DNA of 64,000 bases from Coriobacteriia bacterium (GTDB lineage Bacteria > Actinomycetota > Coriobacteriia > Coriobacteriales > UMGS124): the NCBI GenBank assembly GCA_018368455.1, contig JAGZEG010000005.1:104654-168653 (forward strand), read 5' to 3'. The position numbers and the translations under genes are program-made. The notes beneath the pieces are model-generated. The model was not told where the DNA came from, did not search any database, and was given only the letters and a program-made list of their open reading frames with translations. Position 1 is the first letter of the stretch. Every line of letters begins with the position of its first letter. Below, in pieces: positions 1-9,443 of this stretch.

Positions 1-1613
1 TTTGCGAAGTCGGGCATGTGAGCGGCGAGGATGCGGCCGAACGAGTCGGTGAGCGCCCCGCGCGCGCCGTCGTCCAGCGCGTAGCCCTCCTTGGTGGCCA
101 TCCCCTCGAGGATCTGCGTGAGCTCGGGCGCTGTGTAGTCGGGGAAGTCGAGGTAGAAGCCGATGCGGTCGCGCAGGCCTGGGTTCTTCGAAATCATCTG
201 GTCCATCGGCTTTGTGTAGCCCGCCATGATGATGACGAGCTCGTCGCGGCTGTCTTCCATGGCTTTGATGAGCGTGGCGAGCGCCTCCTCGCCGAAGTCA
301 TGTCCGCCCTCGTACATTCCCAGCGCATAGGCCTCATCGATAAACAGCACGCCGCCGCGGGCCTCCTCGACGACGAGCTTTGTCTTGACGGCCGTCTGTC
401 CCACGTATTGGCCGACGAGCGACTCGCGGTCAGTCTCGACGAACGGGGCGTCCTTCTTGATGACGCCGCGCTCGCGCAGCAGGTCGGCGAAGATGCGCGC
501 CATCGTTGTCTTGCCGGTGCCGGGGTTGCCGCGGAATGCCATGTGCAGGCAGGGGCGCTGGTCGGTGGGGCAGCCTGCGGCGTATGCGGCTATCTCCTCA
601 AGCTGGCGCCTGACCTCTCCCATTCCCACGAGGCTGTCGAACCTTGCCTGACCTTGCGTGCTGTTCGCATCGATCAGGCGCTCGAGGCCTTCCTTGGTGA
701 TGGGTTCTGGGCCAAAGAACCTGCGCCTGGGGCGCTTTTGGATTAGCTTCATGTTCTCGGGCTTGTCGGGAGACACCTCAAGCGGGCTGAGCTGGCAGGC
801 GCATTTGAAGAAGTCGCTTACGCGCTCTTCCGTCTTGGCAATCCAGGACGTGGCTACGGCTTCCGACCTGCGAAAGCGATAATCGCCAAACCGGGGCCTG
901 ATGCTGCCCACGAAGTTTATCCACAGCGAACCGTCATCTTCGCGCGATGCGTCATACGGCCCGATGAGAAAGCCGTTGCCCCAAACGGCGTTCGCGTAGC
1001 TGAGACACGTTGCGAGCGTGTCAAGGTCTGGTCCCTTATCGAAGAGCATGTCGAGCGTGAAGTAGGCGGTGTCGGTGTCGGTCGTGAGGAAGGCGTCTGC
1101 GTCGGTGTGTCGACGTCCAAGGCGGAGCTCTTCTGCGCTGATCCTCCCTCCGTAGCTGTTGCGCTGCCAGTCGTTCAATATCGAGCAGAGTTCGACATCG
1201 GCGAGGTTTGCGAGTCCTGGATGCAGCGACGTGACAACGACGGGCTGTGCGAAGGTCTCCTCAAGGTATGTTTTGAGGCGTTCGTTGAGCAGCTCTTGCT
1301 CGCTGGGCTGCTCAACGGGGGTTTCTCCAGAGCCGTCTTTCTTCTCGTCGTCGCCATCTTTCGCTGCGTCGCTGGGCTTGCGCTCCAGGCTTGTCGACTG
1401 CCTGCCGACAAACGAGAGGTCCCAAGAGCCATCGGGCAGCTGCTCGGTGCCGGATGGATAGATTGATTGGACAGTGCCGCTTATCATGTTGACGGCACAT
1501 ATGATCTGCGACATGTGCTCCCAGTTCGGCTCGATTGTGAAGTGCAGTGTCGCGTGAAACTCGCTGACAGGGCGCTCTGGCGCGGATACGACCGTTCCTG
1601 GTTGTGTGGACAT
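1..1613 (-). CDS. AAA+ ATPase of the SpoVK/CbxX/EccA-like clade with a ~290-aa uncharacterised N-terminal region. Partial: the 3' end leaves the window.
   Basis: Own minus-strand translation. The ORF is missing from the track because it has no stop inside the window. ATG at 1613 is preceded by GAAAGGAG. An in-frame open reading runs to nt 1. Walker A GNPGTGKTT at ~504-530, Walker B VLFIDEAY, then ELVIIMAGY...LRDRIGFYLDFPDY. The 18..746 + ORF is its antisense shadow. Confidence 0.8.
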   Translation of the reverse strand, partial: MSTQPGTVVSAPERPVSEFHATLHFTIEPNWEHMSQIICAVNMISGTVQSIYPSGTEQLPDGSWDLSFVGRQSTSLERKPSDAAKDGDDEKKDGSGETPVEQPSEQELLNERLKTYLEETFAQPVVVTSLHPGLANLADVELCSILNDWQRNSYGGRISAEELRLGRRHTDADAFLTTDTDTAYFTLDMLFDKGPDLDTLATCLSYANAVWGNGFLIGPYDASREDDGSLWINFVGSIRPRFGDYRFRRSEAVATSWIAKTEERVSDFFKCACQLSPLEVSPDKPENMKLIQKRPRRRFFGPEPITKEGLERLIDANSTQGQARFDSLVGMGEVRRQLEEIAAYAAGCPTDQRPCLHMAFRGNPGTGKTTMARIFADLLRERGVIKKDAPFVETDRESLVGQYVGQTAVKTKLVVEEARGGVLFIDEAYALGMYEGGHDFGEEALATLIKAMEDSRDELVIIMAGYTKPMDQMISKNPGLRDRIGFYLDFPDYTAPELTQILEGMATKEGYALDDGARGALTDSFGRILAAHMPDFA

Positions 1614-1757
1614 GTGCGCTCCTTTCTCGTTTTTCCTTCTTCAAGAATGAGGTAACCGGAAACCACAGTTGCATACGCTATCCTAACCGTGCGACAGAAA
1701 CCCTGCAAGACATTATAGGCTTACAAGTTATGACGTCTATGTGAGCAGTAGAGACTA

Positions 1758-1787
1758 TTGACATCAAGTTTGCGCGAGTGATATATT
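1758..1787 (+). promoter_or_regulatory. Sigma-70-like promoter for the 1861 gene
   Basis: TTGACA (1758-1763), 18-nt spacer, extended -10 TGaTATATT (1779-1787). It sits in the AT-rich divergent intergenic region ~75 nt upstream of the ATG. Confidence 0.5.
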
Positions 1788-1860
1788 TGGACTAACAACA
1801 TAGTAATAACTAGAGAATGCACAACAGAAGAAACGCAAGCTATTCGGCAAAGGAGGAGCA

Positions 1861-2304
1861 ATGAACATTTCTATTCAGGAGTGGATGTATGAGACGCCGG
1901 CATCAGGGATGGGGCTGGCAGTCCTCGCCTATGTGGCCAGCGAGGCTCGCCCCGTCACCGCGTTCGATGTCTCACGCGCCTTCAGGCTCGGCAGACCCGA
2001 GGCGGGCTGGGAGCTGGAGGGCCTTGCGCGGGCGGGTTTGTTGGAGGCGACGCTGGACGAGGACGGCGCTGCTGGGTACGTGCTGCGTCCCGGTCTTGGG
2101 GAGGGCCCCTCGGGCGGGGCTCGGGTGAGTGGTCCCAGCCTGTCTCTCGTGGAGGGTGGTGCAGGTGATCCCGGGTCCGAACCCACCTACGGCGGGCTGT
2201 TTATCGCATCCGGAGGGTCATCACGCGAAGCTCCTCGTCGCAAGGGACTCCGCCTTGTGGCGCCGGCTGGGGATTCGGACGCCCTTGGAAGCTGGTGTGC
2301 GTAG
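1861..2304 (+). CDS. Small winged-helix (MarR/wHTH-like) protein with a G/S/P-rich tail
   Basis: Strong RBS AAAGGAGG 5 nt before the ATG. The segment LAVLAYVASEARPVTAFDVSRAFRLGRPEAGWELEGLARAGLLEA...GYVL has a helix-turn-helix plus wing pattern. Confidence 0.6.
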   Translation: MNISIQEWMYETPASGMGLAVLAYVASEARPVTAFDVSRAFRLGRPEAGWELEGLARAGLLEATLDEDGAAGYVLRPGLGEGPSGGARVSGPSLSLVEGGAGDPGSEPTYGGLFIASGGSSREAPRRKGLRLVAPAGDSDALGSWCA

Positions 2305-2394
2305 CGGTTCTGTTTTGCGGAGCCACATTTCGACCCACCTGGGGCGGACCGACGCCCTGCGAGTATTGACCTATTTCTCGAAGGGAGATTTCTT

Positions 2395-3474
2395 ATGAGT
2401 CACTACGTATTGCCGGATCCTTCCCTGCTGGAAAAGGGCGGGGCGGGACCGCACCTGCTCTCCACCGTGTCGAGCTTGTATGCGCCACGGGACCTCAGTT
2501 TATCCGGGAAACTGTCGCCTGTCCGACTTGGTGACGTGCTGCCCTTTGTTGACGGCGGTCCGCTCGACGTCGCCGTGGGCTTTGACTTTGACGGCAAGCC
2601 CGTTCACATTGATCTTGCTGAGCTGGGCAGTCTCCTGGTGTCTGGCACGACTGCCGCGGGGAAAACCACTATGCTCAGGTCGATTATCACGTCCATACTT
2701 ATGCGGGCGACCCCTGATGAGGTGCGCCTCATCTTGGTGGACCCTAAGAAGGTCGAGCTTGGGGATTATGACGGCATCCCCCACCTTCTCGCGCCCCGGA
2801 TTACCGACGCGCGTTGGGCCGTCTCTGTGCTGAGGTGGTGTGTCGCCGAGATGGATCGGCGCCTCAAGGTATTCGCCGACGCTGGCGTACGCGACTTGAG
2901 AGGCTACAACGATCTCGTGGACCGCGGCTCTCTCGGGGAGCGGGATTCCCCTCTGGAGCGCCTGCCCAGCATCGTTATGGTCGTTGACGAGCTGACCGAC
3001 CTGATAATGTCGGCTCAGGAAGACGCCGAGACCTCAATTGTGCGGATTGCCCGGCTGGGTCGTACCGCCGGCGTACATCTGGTGCTGTCCAGCCAATCGG
3101 CACGCCCTGACATCGTTACGGAACCCATACTCGCTGGCTTCAGCTGCCACGTCGCCCTCAAGCGGCATAACAGTGTCGAATCTAAGCGCCTCATCGGACG
3201 TTCTGGTGCGGAGCTTCTGCGGATGCTCGGGGACATGCTGCTCTTGCTCCCAGGCCCAGACGAGGAACCGCGGCATGTCCAGGGGTGCTACCAATCTCAG
3301 GGGGAGATCCAAGCCGTCGTGGAACACTGGAGAGGACAGCCTGCCCCATGCTGCGATGCAGGAATGGCTCCATTGGATGAGCCAGATGTCTCTGGCGAGG
3401 AGGAACCGAGCAAGACGTGGCCCGGAAGATGGTCGGGTATTTGGAAGACTAGAGAGGAGACGACGTGCCGATGA
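2395..3474 (+). CDS. FtsK/SpoIIIE-family DNA-translocase ATPase, motor domain only (359 aa)
   Basis: Walker A GTTAAGKTT, LILVDPKKVELGDYDGIPHLL, Walker B VMVVDELTDL, and GVHLVLSSQSARPDIVT. No hydrophobic N-terminal segments. RBS GAAGGGAG. Confidence 0.85.
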   Translation: MSHYVLPDPSLLEKGGAGPHLLSTVSSLYAPRDLSLSGKLSPVRLGDVLPFVDGGPLDVAVGFDFDGKPVHIDLAELGSLLVSGTTAAGKTTMLRSIITSILMRATPDEVRLILVDPKKVELGDYDGIPHLLAPRITDARWAVSVLRWCVAEMDRRLKVFADAGVRDLRGYNDLVDRGSLGERDSPLERLPSIVMVVDELTDLIMSAQEDAETSIVRIARLGRTAGVHLVLSSQSARPDIVTEPILAGFSCHVALKRHNSVESKRLIGRSGAELLRMLGDMLLLLPGPDEEPRHVQGCYQSQGEIQAVVEHWRGQPAPCCDAGMAPLDEPDVSGEEEPSKTWPGRWSGIWKTREETTCR

Positions 3475-5237
3475 AAGACGAACACCCAGAGGTTGTAGGC
3501 TCCGTGGACCCGGCAAGCCCGGTGTCGGACTCGAAAGCGCCCGATGCGTCGCAAGATGTGCAGCCGGATGCCGCCCAAGATCCTAGCGAGCATGCACCGA
3601 GCCCTCGGGCTCGTAAGCATCGCATGAGGGACTTCACGTGGGGCCTCGGATACTGGCTGCCTGACGTGCAGAAGGCGGTGCTCCCGGAAGAGCTGCGCTT
3701 TCCTGATATGCTCGAAGCGGCGGGGGCAACGCGCGGGGAGGGCATGGTGCCGCTCTCGTCTGCGATGCCGACCGCGCAGCTGCGCATCGACGCGTTTCTG
3801 CCTGGTCTCGACGCTCTGACCCGGAGGCGCTACCTGAGGTCGCGTGCGAATGCGTTTCGCGTGTACCCCGACGGGACGCTGCATCTTCTGACGCTCAAGC
3901 GGGGCGTGCTGAGGGTGCACGATGACGCAAGCGCTGAGGAGATGCTGGCGGTCTGTCGCGAGTTCGGGCTGCTCCCGGAGCTAGGCACACTCGGCGCTGG
4001 CGTCGAGATCCGTACGAATCAGGAGGCGCTTGCTTATGCGTGCATCGTGAGCATGGAGTTCCTGCACGAGTGGGATTACGACGAGATCGCTGCCTCCCTC
4101 TGGCCCGATGTCGCCGAGCTGCTGCGGGCCGGGCGCATTAGTCCGAGCGACGTTGTGGCGACCGAAGGGTATACCGACACCATGCGTTACCGCAACCGGG
4201 CGTCTGAGTGCCTGGCATATCGCGTGCTCATGGGCGCAGAGGCCGCGGAGCCTAAGGTTTGCCGGAGGCTTGTCGAGTGTCTTGCGGCTCTACACCGATT
4301 TGCGTGCGACGAGAACTTTGACATGGAGGGAGAGATGCTCGCTTGGAAGGACCTACTGATCGCTGCCTACGCGAAGCATCCGCTCATCTTCCGTGACACG
4401 ATCTTGGCTCCCAACGAAATCCTCGGCTTCCACGACTACGGCGAGGATTACCAGAAGTCGTTCGATCGCTTCTACGGAGACCCCGCTCGCGCGATATTCG
4501 CGGCGCTTGAGGCGGGGAGCGAGCAAGCCGTGGAGGACGCGCTCGTGGCGTACGATCGCACCATGTTTCCGTGGAACTACGACATGGGCGGCCACCTGTT
4601 CCCCGGGGCGGGTGATGCAGGCAAGTGGGAGGATGGGTTCCGCCCTGACTATGACGAGTATTGGGAACACCCCGCAGACTCTTCGGAAGACGATGACGAG
4701 TGTTCGGATGAGGACGATGGGGACGCTGCCGAGGGCCCGAATGACGAACCTCCTGAGAAGGAGGAGGGGGCGAGACGTGCCGCTCCACCTCGCAGGAAGC
4801 TGGATCGCGATGAGATGGTGTTCCTTGCGCGGTGCCGTCTGATGACCGCTCGTCCTAACGGCTATGCTCTGTCGGAGGAAGATCCTTCCTGCGACCCACA
4901 ATGGCTCACCGACTGCCGGCGCAGCATCGAGGCGCTGCACCAGCTGGCGGGTGAGGTCCTGCCGGCCTCGGCCACCGTCGACGCTGAGCTTCGTGCGTGG
5001 TGCAAGCCCCTCTTCCTGATGCTTGCCGAGCACGAGGACACGGTGATCGACGTGTGCTTCGACGAGGCGGAAGCGATCTCCCGTGGCCAGGAGGATGACA
5101 TGCCTGGTGGGCTCGATTGCCGGCCCGCTGCCCAGGCGGTACTCGTGGCCCTGCGCTCCGGCGACCTGGATGCGCTGAGTACGGCCCTTGACGACTTGGA
5201 GGAGGCCGCCTATCCGCTGCCCCGCCGAGACGACTGA
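3471..5237 (+). CDS. Hypothetical 589-aa acidic protein with no recognisable motif
   Basis: ATGA start/stop overlap with the FtsK ORF (3471-3474), with GGAG upstream. A GTG at 3465 is an alternative start. Codon usage is GC3-rich like its neighbours. Contains an acidic run SSEDDDECSDEDDGDAAEG. Confidence 0.6.
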   Translation: MKDEHPEVVGSVDPASPVSDSKAPDASQDVQPDAAQDPSEHAPSPRARKHRMRDFTWGLGYWLPDVQKAVLPEELRFPDMLEAAGATRGEGMVPLSSAMPTAQLRIDAFLPGLDALTRRRYLRSRANAFRVYPDGTLHLLTLKRGVLRVHDDASAEEMLAVCREFGLLPELGTLGAGVEIRTNQEALAYACIVSMEFLHEWDYDEIAASLWPDVAELLRAGRISPSDVVATEGYTDTMRYRNRASECLAYRVLMGAEAAEPKVCRRLVECLAALHRFACDENFDMEGEMLAWKDLLIAAYAKHPLIFRDTILAPNEILGFHDYGEDYQKSFDRFYGDPARAIFAALEAGSEQAVEDALVAYDRTMFPWNYDMGGHLFPGAGDAGKWEDGFRPDYDEYWEHPADSSEDDDECSDEDDGDAAEGPNDEPPEKEEGARRAAPPRRKLDRDEMVFLARCRLMTARPNGYALSEEDPSCDPQWLTDCRRSIEALHQLAGEVLPASATVDAELRAWCKPLFLMLAEHEDTVIDVCFDEAEAISRGQEDDMPGGLDCRPAAQAVLVALRSGDLDALSTALDDLEEAAYPLPRRDD

Positions 5238-5313
5238 CGGCGTTTGGCCGGCGCGGCTGCGTTCCTGGGAGGGCGCTCAAGGATGGCTGGCCTGATGCCC
5301 TGCATGGGCCCTC

Positions 5314-5355
5314 CATCCCCGGGTGCCATCAAGATTGGGATGGTACCCGGGGATG
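5314..5355. terminator. Hairpin between convergent genes, a possible bidirectional terminator or module junction
   Basis: catccccgggtgccatc / ggatggtacccggggatg gives a ~17-bp stem with one G:U and a 6-7 nt loop. There is no flanking U-run on either strand. Confidence 0.35.
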
Positions 5356-5421
5356 CGCGGGGCGGCATCTGACGATGCTCAGAAGAAGGTCCCACTCGAG
5401 ATCATGCTCGTGGCGGATTTG

Positions 5422-6753
5422 TTATACCAAGAACTCCCCCTCGCTTTCCCGCATACGCTTCGCGAACTCTTTGAAGTCGCAATCGCCCGACGGTATCTGC
5501 AGCCCGCGCTTCTTGACGACAATGTCCTTCCGGGCTTCGACGTTCTCCTCGAAGGTGCTTCCCCTGTTCAGATGCAGGGTCACGTCTTGTGCTTTCTCTT
5601 TTTCCGGCGCGAATGGGTAGAGATAGTAGCCCGTCTTCGCGTCGAAGCGGAACATATAAGCCAGTAGCTGCTGGTAGTCGCGGCCTGATATGTTGCTGGC
5701 CGGTTTGTACTTCGCATCAGCGATCACCCGGACTTCACTGTCTCTGCCGATGAAGTCCGGGAAGATTAGCCCCTTCTCTCTGCTTTCTTCGCCCCAGAAG
5801 AGCTGCTGGCCGTTCCTCTCTTTCCCACGTCCCTTGTTTTTTGGGTGATAGAAGGCGTCTCTCATTAGAGTCGCCACGTACTCTTCCCAGAGCCACGCGC
5901 CGTCGAACAGCACGCCATATATCTGCTGGTCGCTCGTCCCGACCAGGTGCTTTCTATTTTGCAAGATCAGAAGACAGAGACGCTGTAGTGATCGATAGTC
6001 CCGGTAGTAGGCGTGGCGCACGGGATGTTTTCTGTTGGCCTCGATGACGCGTCGGGTATCGCGGGGAGAGAAGCCGGGTGTCAGCTTTTTGACAAGGGCC
6101 ACTTCATCTCTGGCTCTGGAGAGCAAAGCCTCGCCATAGGTCCTTCCCCTGACAACCTCTATGGTGTGCCTCACGAGCTCCATCAGGTCATTGTCGTAGG
6201 ACAGCTCCCTTTGGCTATAGGCGATCTTGCCGACGAAGGGAGTATTGCTTGCGATGTGCCTGGCAATGTCTATCGCACCGCGTACGTTGGCGTCGTTGTG
6301 CAGCCGTCTAACATACTCCTTGTAGGGGCCCTTTCGCATCGCTCGCTTCAGATAGCGGGGGAGCAACAGGGCTAGGTAGTCAAACAGGTTTCCGCTCAGG
6401 CTGGCGTCGGTTGGCAGGTCAATGATATTGGGAAGATCGAACACCCTGGCAATCATGTACTGCAGGAAGCTGTCGCGCCCGTCTTTGCCACTGAAGCGCG
6501 ACGATATGACGAGACGTTCCTCCCCTAGGCCGAGGAATCCCATCACGTTTCCTGTGCGATAGTTGCCGTCTATGCTTTGGAGAACCTCTGCATTCCCCTC
6601 AAGATCTTCGGCGTTCCTTATCGCCTCCGGAAGTACAAAAACGCCGTCCTTCTCAAGCTGGCTGAGGGTTCTGTCCGCGACTGCTTGCGCAAGGTGAGGG
6701 ATGCTGTCTAGGAACTCCTCCTTCTTTTTGCTGGAGTTGTCCTCAGTTCTCAT
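5422..6753 (-). CDS. mcrC: McrC-family nuclease subunit (system 1)
   Basis: C-terminal PD-(D/E)xK core: IFPDFIG...VIADAKYK. It overlaps the stop of the upstream McrB-like gene. Start is ATG 6753, with GTG 6771 as an alternative. Confidence 0.8.
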   Translation of the reverse strand: MRTEDNSSKKKEEFLDSIPHLAQAVADRTLSQLEKDGVFVLPEAIRNAEDLEGNAEVLQSIDGNYRTGNVMGFLGLGEERLVISSRFSGKDGRDSFLQYMIARVFDLPNIIDLPTDASLSGNLFDYLALLLPRYLKRAMRKGPYKEYVRRLHNDANVRGAIDIARHIASNTPFVGKIAYSQRELSYDNDLMELVRHTIEVVRGRTYGEALLSRARDEVALVKKLTPGFSPRDTRRVIEANRKHPVRHAYYRDYRSLQRLCLLILQNRKHLVGTSDQQIYGVLFDGAWLWEEYVATLMRDAFYHPKNKGRGKERNGQQLFWGEESREKGLIFPDFIGRDSEVRVIADAKYKPASNISGRDYQQLLAYMFRFDAKTGYYLYPFAPEKEKAQDVTLHLNRGSTFEENVEARKDIVVKKRGLQIPSGDCDFKEFAKRMRESEGEFLV

Positions 6754-8062
6754 TGGATGCACCGCTGTCACCTGTGGTGGGCTTCTTCTGTTTGGAGGAG
6801 AATGCCGCCTTGAATCCCTCCACGGCTTCTTCCGCGTCGGGCATTCCCTGGACGTAGTCCCTCAACAGCGGCTCGAGGTAGTCCTCCCAGAGCTCATTGG
6901 GCTTGAGTTCCTGCAACTTCTTGAAGTATGCTGCGCCTATCTGGTAGTTCCGACCCAGCTCACTGGTGTCTTTTATCGCCTTATTCAGGGATTTCATGCG
7001 ATCAATGGCATCCTGATATTCCTTTGCATCCAAGCCCTTTAGTGCATCCAGGCAGCTGTCAGCTTCGAGCTCTATGAAGCGGAACCTGCGGCGCATGGCG
7101 AAGTCGAAGCTGTCCACGGAGCGGTCGATGTCGTTCATCGTGCCGATGATGTACACGTTCTCTGGGATGTAGAAGCGCTCGCTCAAGTCATCGTGCAGGT
7201 TGGAGTACTGGGTCGACACCGCGCCCGACTCACCGCGATAGCCCGGGTCGATCGAGAAGAACAGCTCGCCGAAGATCTTCGAGATCTCCCCGCGGTTAAT
7301 CTCGTCGATGATGAAGACATAGGACTCGAGTTGAGGGATCGTGCCGGATGAGGTGCTCGCGGCGTGTTGCCGCTTCACGCGGCGCTTGCATATCTCATGG
7401 TACACGCCCCAATAATATGACCAACTGCTGTTCTGACGGTTTTTCCCAAAGAAGAGGGCAACTTCTCCGGGTCCTTCGAAATCCTTACCAGACTCGAGCA
7501 TCCTGGGAATGTAAGATGTGAATAGAGTTTTTCGATTGGATGATGCGTTGTTAGGGATAAATACATGGATGAGTCGTTCGCCTACGTCAGTGATAACGAA
7601 TTCTTTTCCCGTCTTTATCTTGAAAGGCGTTGATCCCAGCTCAATGCTTGAAAAGAACGAGCTCATCTCCTCCTGCGCGGACCGCTCTTTTGCCAGTTCG
7701 TTCGCGTCTTTGTGCGAGTCTTCCCAGTTCTTTCGGGCGCGATCGACAAAGCTCTTGAAGATGCCGTCACGCAGCTCGAAGCCCATAGACCCGTCGTCGT
7801 TCACCATCGGGCGCAGGCCCTCGACGAAGTCGGTGTAGTCATAGCTCGGGTGAAACTGCACGAACTCGATTCTTTCTTTTTGCTCGCTTGTGAGGTCCTC
7901 GTATTTCTCGCACGTGCCGTCGCTGACGATGTCTGCAGCTATCTGTTTTGCGAGATAGGACTTCCCGGTGCCGGGTGCCCCGTGAAAGATGACGTTCTTT
8001 GATTTACGTACTATAGTTGAGTAGTCATTAATAGTTTTTGGTTTATCCATAGGACTCTCCAT
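6743..8062 (-). CDS. mcrB: McrB-family AAA+ GTPase (system 1). It has no N-terminal DNA-binding domain but a large insertion inside the AAA+ core.
   Basis: FHGAPGTGKSY, FVQFHPSYDYTDFVEGLRP, FIIDEINRGEISKIFGELFFSID, and NVYIIGTMNDIDRSVDSFDFAMRRRFRFIEL. ATG 8050 has the better RBS (GGAGAG); ATG 8062 is the track start. Confidence 0.9.
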   Translation of the reverse strand: MESPMDKPKTINDYSTIVRKSKNVIFHGAPGTGKSYLAKQIAADIVSDGTCEKYEDLTSEQKERIEFVQFHPSYDYTDFVEGLRPMVNDDGSMGFELRDGIFKSFVDRARKNWEDSHKDANELAKERSAQEEMSSFFSSIELGSTPFKIKTGKEFVITDVGERLIHVFIPNNASSNRKTLFTSYIPRMLESGKDFEGPGEVALFFGKNRQNSSWSYYWGVYHEICKRRVKRQHAASTSSGTIPQLESYVFIIDEINRGEISKIFGELFFSIDPGYRGESGAVSTQYSNLHDDLSERFYIPENVYIIGTMNDIDRSVDSFDFAMRRRFRFIELEADSCLDALKGLDAKEYQDAIDRMKSLNKAIKDTSELGRNYQIGAAYFKKLQELKPNELWEDYLEPLLRDYVQGMPDAEEAVEGFKAAFSSKQKKPTTGDSGASNEN

Positions 8063-8113
8063 TTTATTTCAATTCTGGGGGTATATATACGAGCCTTTTT
8101 GCCGGTACCCGTG

Positions 8114-8152
8114 CTCGCCTGGGGCTACCACAATGGCAAAGTCCCAGGCGAG
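8114..8152 (-). terminator. Weak hairpin after the nuclease gene
   Basis: ctcgcctggg / cccaggcgag gives a 10-bp stem with a 19-nt loop. No U-run follows. Confidence 0.3.
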
Positions 8153-8159
8153 TCCACCC

Positions 8160-9425
8160 CTAGAAGGTGATTCCGGCGACGCGGGCTGCGTACTCCTCGG
8201 GGAGCTTCGAGAACAAGTCGCGCTCGAAAGCTTTGAGCTGACTCAGGGCTTTGTCCAGGGAGGCGAAAACCTCGCCGTCCGTAAAGCCCTCTTCAAAGGA
8301 CTTGTTCTGGGAGTAGTTCCAGTGCACCCTCCAAAGCCAGTTAGCCCCTTTCTTCGCCGACCCCTTCGTGGGGTAAAGGTCATTGATGGCCTCTGCAATT
8401 GCCTCCTGGTCCGATGGTAGCCCTTGATGATTGAGGGCCAATTTAATGCGCATCTTGGCGTTTCCCCGAGCACTGCCTCTCCCGCGCTCTATTTCGAAGA
8501 AGTAATGGTTGGCCGTTGACCAGCCGCTGTTTGCTTCCGGGCCATCGGGCAACAGCAGGGACATCTCGGGTGTGGTGAAGCGGGTGCAGGTCTTCACACA
8601 TTTGTCCTCATTCAAGATGAGCTCGCCGGAGCGCTGCTTCTCCCGGGCCCACCTAACGCAGGCATCTGCAAGCTCGGAGATCGCGTCGGGCAGGTTCTCG
8701 TAGATCAGGTCAAGTGCCCGTCGGTGCCTCGCGTATATGTCCCTGCAGACCCTCGCAAGCTCCTCGTCCTCCAAGACATCCCTCCTTATCGTGTCGACGT
8801 AGTCGTCGATGAGCATGCGCGGTCCCTCGGCAAGCTCGGCCCCGTCGGTTGCCGATCCGATGATTCTCAGCACGTCCTCGTAGCTCATCGGGAACCACGT
8901 GTCGGGGTCTGAAGCTTCGGCACCCTCCGGGGAGAGATAGACGAAGCGTCGGCGGAAGCCTGGGTAGGCGTGCTCGATTGTCTTTCGATACCTATCAAGC
9001 TGGTTGTCGTGCTCCCCGGTGCCGATCTTGTTTTCGATGCACAGGACGTATTTTTGGGTTTCTGAGACGGCTAGGATGTCGATGCTCTGCCATTCGCGCA
9101 GTACCGCGAAGTCGCGACAGTCCATGAGCAGGTCATCGAAGGCCTCCGCGTCGGGCAGGGACTCTGCCACGTGGCGCACGAAGCCCTGCATGACCCGGTC
9201 ACCCAGGCCGTGGTTCCCTTCGGGGTCCATGAGCCAGGCAAGGGCATTGCTGTGCCTGATCTCCACCCGGGAGATGCCGAGGACGTCGAACGTGTTGAAG
9301 CGCCTCGTCCATTTCGAAAGGCGATCGAGGCAGCCGATGTCCAGCAGGAAACGCCGGATACACTCCTCGTCCGTTCCCTGGGGATCGAGAGAAGCTGGGG
9401 CAGATTGATTGCCGCTTTCTAGCAT
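8160..9425 (-). CDS. PD-(D/E)XK nuclease family protein. The N-terminus is PDDEXK_4-like and the C-terminal part is DUF4268-like.
   Basis: FNTFDVLGISRVEIRHSNALAWLMDPEGNHGLG, followed by DILAVSETQKYVLCIENKIGTGEH (a D...E-x-K core). Family names are recalled from memory, not searched. Confidence 0.75.
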   Translation of the reverse strand: MLESGNQSAPASLDPQGTDEECIRRFLLDIGCLDRLSKWTRRFNTFDVLGISRVEIRHSNALAWLMDPEGNHGLGDRVMQGFVRHVAESLPDAEAFDDLLMDCRDFAVLREWQSIDILAVSETQKYVLCIENKIGTGEHDNQLDRYRKTIEHAYPGFRRRFVYLSPEGAEASDPDTWFPMSYEDVLRIIGSATDGAELAEGPRMLIDDYVDTIRRDVLEDEELARVCRDIYARHRRALDLIYENLPDAISELADACVRWAREKQRSGELILNEDKCVKTCTRFTTPEMSLLLPDGPEANSGWSTANHYFFEIERGRGSARGNAKMRIKLALNHQGLPSDQEAIAEAINDLYPTKGSAKKGANWLWRVHWNYSQNKSFEEGFTDGEVFASLDKALSQLKAFERDLFSKLPEEYAARVAGITF

Positions 9426-9443
9426 AAGCCGCAGCCCTCTCTT

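Noticed and set aside
18-746. 242-aa plus-strand ORF at the left edge.
   Set aside because: The opposite strand encodes an AAA+ ATPase with canonical Walker A/B motifs across the same nucleotides. The plus-strand product has no motif.
1-3474. Type VII (ESX-like) secretion interpretation of the AAA+ (EccA-like) plus FtsK (EccC-like) genes.
   Set aside because: The FtsK ORF has a single ATPase domain and no TM segments, unlike EccC/EssC. No WXG100-type small genes, EccB/D or mycosin are present. The two ATPase genes are divergently transcribed.
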